DNA from: Fimbriosthenelais zetlandica
Taxonomy: Eukaryota
Direction of reading: 5' to 3'
Assembly: GCA_977030845.1 (NCBI GenBank)
Contig: OZ365111.1
Location: forward strand, 49,972,001-50,036,000
Length of the DNA: 64,000 bases
Part shown: positions 62,292 through 64,000 of the stretch, piece after piece
How positions within the stretch are numbered: the stretch's first letter is position 1
How the letters are laid out: each line of letters begins with the position of its first letter
The notes under the pieces: generated by a model
Seen by the model: the letters and a program-made list of their open reading frames with translations, nothing else
Database searches by the model: none
What the model was told of the DNA's origin: nothing
Program-made: the position numbers and the translations under genes

Positions 62292-62715
62292 AAAAGTGGT
62301 CACACACTGGAGGCGTGCGTACGTTTTTCTTTCAAGTTTCTGAAGCGTCTAGAACTGAACAAACTGCTTTGGTCAGTCGCGTTTCCACAAATTGAATTGC
62401 CAGATGGTTGTGTTTGTGACAGCTTTGGCAATTTTTGCCCACCTCTGTTTTAAAGCCTCGAAAAATCATCATTACTGGGCGAAACCAGCAAAACCCGGGG
62501 TTTTTGCCAACCCTGGGTTTTGTGAAACAACGAGAGACCTACAGGAGCCATACATCTCCTTTTTGGACGCATGTATTTGCTCAGACATATATGAAATGTA
62601 AGAACAGACTGGTGCATTTCAAGGCATGTTTAATGTGCCTTTGCATTCCAATTGCTTGCGTTTCAATTTTGTCTTGTCGCAATACAGTCGCAAGCATACA
62701 GTGTGGGGTTGGCTT
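62292..62715. mobile_element. MITE family C copy
   Basis: AAAAGTGGTCACACACTGGAGGCGTGCG left end; CAGTGTGGGGTTGGCTT right end. Confidence 0.6.
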
Positions 62716-64000
62716 CATGGGAAAGAAAGGATGAGAGATAGAGGGGTTTAATTCTACCTGCACACCTCATAGAATGAACCCATCATGTGGTCTAATTGTC
62801 ATTATATTCACAGGTAAAGGTGTGACCTATATATCCATGGCAACCACAGGTTCACATGTCTGTCCCCAGACTTCTAGTATGTCACATGACCATGAGACCT
62901 AAAAACATGAGAAATGGCTTTAACATTGAGATTAAATTAAATTCTGAAGTTTTGGATGACCTATATGGTGAATATGGAAAATGTCAGGTCCTGCTGGTTC
63001 ATGAACAACAAAAGTGTGTTTTGAGTGATTTTCTATGCATTATATGTTGTGGCACTAGACCATACATAATTTTACAACTTTACATAATCGCCATGCCTAT
63101 ATAACACATCATGCGGGTCTGGAATGTCCATTTCTCTTTGGTTTTTAACGTACCATAAAACCTCCCATTTCTGACCGCTTTTTCGGTCCAAAAATCTTGT
63201 GTTGTATACAACTCACTTTGATGAGGAGACGCCTCCATGCATTGAACTTTTCTTGTCAGTCCCCTAAGTATCATATTCCCCCTTTTTACCAATAGATCGT
63301 CCTTTGTGTGTTCATGGAAAGTCCAAGAGTACACAATCATGCCAAATTATTCCTTCTCTTGGCAATGCCTACAAATTTCCCCACGATAATGAATGCATAA
63401 TGTATGGAAATCATAACACTTACTGGAGGTTCTGTGTGGACGATACGTAAAGCAAGGGTTACTTGTCCTGTCATGGGCTACAATACATAATATTCAAATG
63501 GCATCACCTTGATATAAATGATGCTAATGTTGTTATGAATTCACGAACCACTCCGATACAAAGTGAATAGGAAGGGACAAAGGAAAATATCTTTTCCATG
63601 TCATTTTAGACATGTACTCATATTTTCTTGCCGAAGCTATGAATTGGATAATTTGCATAATAATCGGCATTGGAATGTAGCCTAAATTAACCAGAATTTA
63701 TCTGAAATATATAATTCCAATGTTGCTATGAAATATTCACCATCTAGTGGTTGGCCATAGCGAAAATAAATGTTAGATATTTTACAATTATTTTATATTT
63801 AAAAAAATGATTACTGTTCAAAGAAGTGCCCAGTGACTGGATGACTTGTATCAGTAGTCTCTCTCTGGTTGTATAGAGAGAGAGTATACGCACGGCTGTG
63901 TTGAAGTGATTTGACATTAATGGTCACACAACATGGATTGATGGCCACCCAAGTGTGGTCTGACCCCTTTAAGCTTTGTCATGGCGATATTTGACCCCCT

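Overview
Eukaryotic (animal, probably marine invertebrate bilaterian; inferred, not provable here) genomic DNA, mostly non-coding, with three N-gaps (18148-18417, 48156-48297, 49522-49672). (1) A complete, very recent Ty1/copia LTR retrotransposon lies on the minus strand (7769-12676). It has identical 205-bp LTRs, a GGTAG target-site duplication, an internal half-tRNA-iMet primer-binding site, non-canonical TG...TA ends and an uninterrupted gag-pol ORF whose first RT catalytic Asp reads Tyr. (2) Three phase-compatible + strand coding exons (21058-21124, 53873-53982, 56776-56833) are not assembled by the ORF track. They splice to MVDLEGYLILVVQTLDGKIRLFGSPADHSDLEVGDEIVEVNGDTLEGATHAEVISHIHTCIKSRTIQLRVKRNCGENI, an N-terminally atypical PDZ domain that resembles, from memory, the extra N-terminal PDZ of invertebrate Stardust/PALS1 (MPP5) long isoforms. 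The gene continues beyond the window. (3) There are about 12 copies of a tRNA-Ala-like-headed SINE with a Deu/Nin-like core, several with internal tandem duplications, one seeding a 9 x 44-bp minisatellite with higher-order structure. (4) There are at least two multi-copy MITE families, a fossil LINE RT fragment, minisatellites and several candidate regulatory motif clusters (CTCF-like, RFX X-box, DR5, CAGGTA cluster). No prokaryotic system, CRISPR array, rRNA or intact tRNA gene was seen. I did not find a clearly novel multi-gene system; nearly all short ORFs in the track look like chance ORFs.
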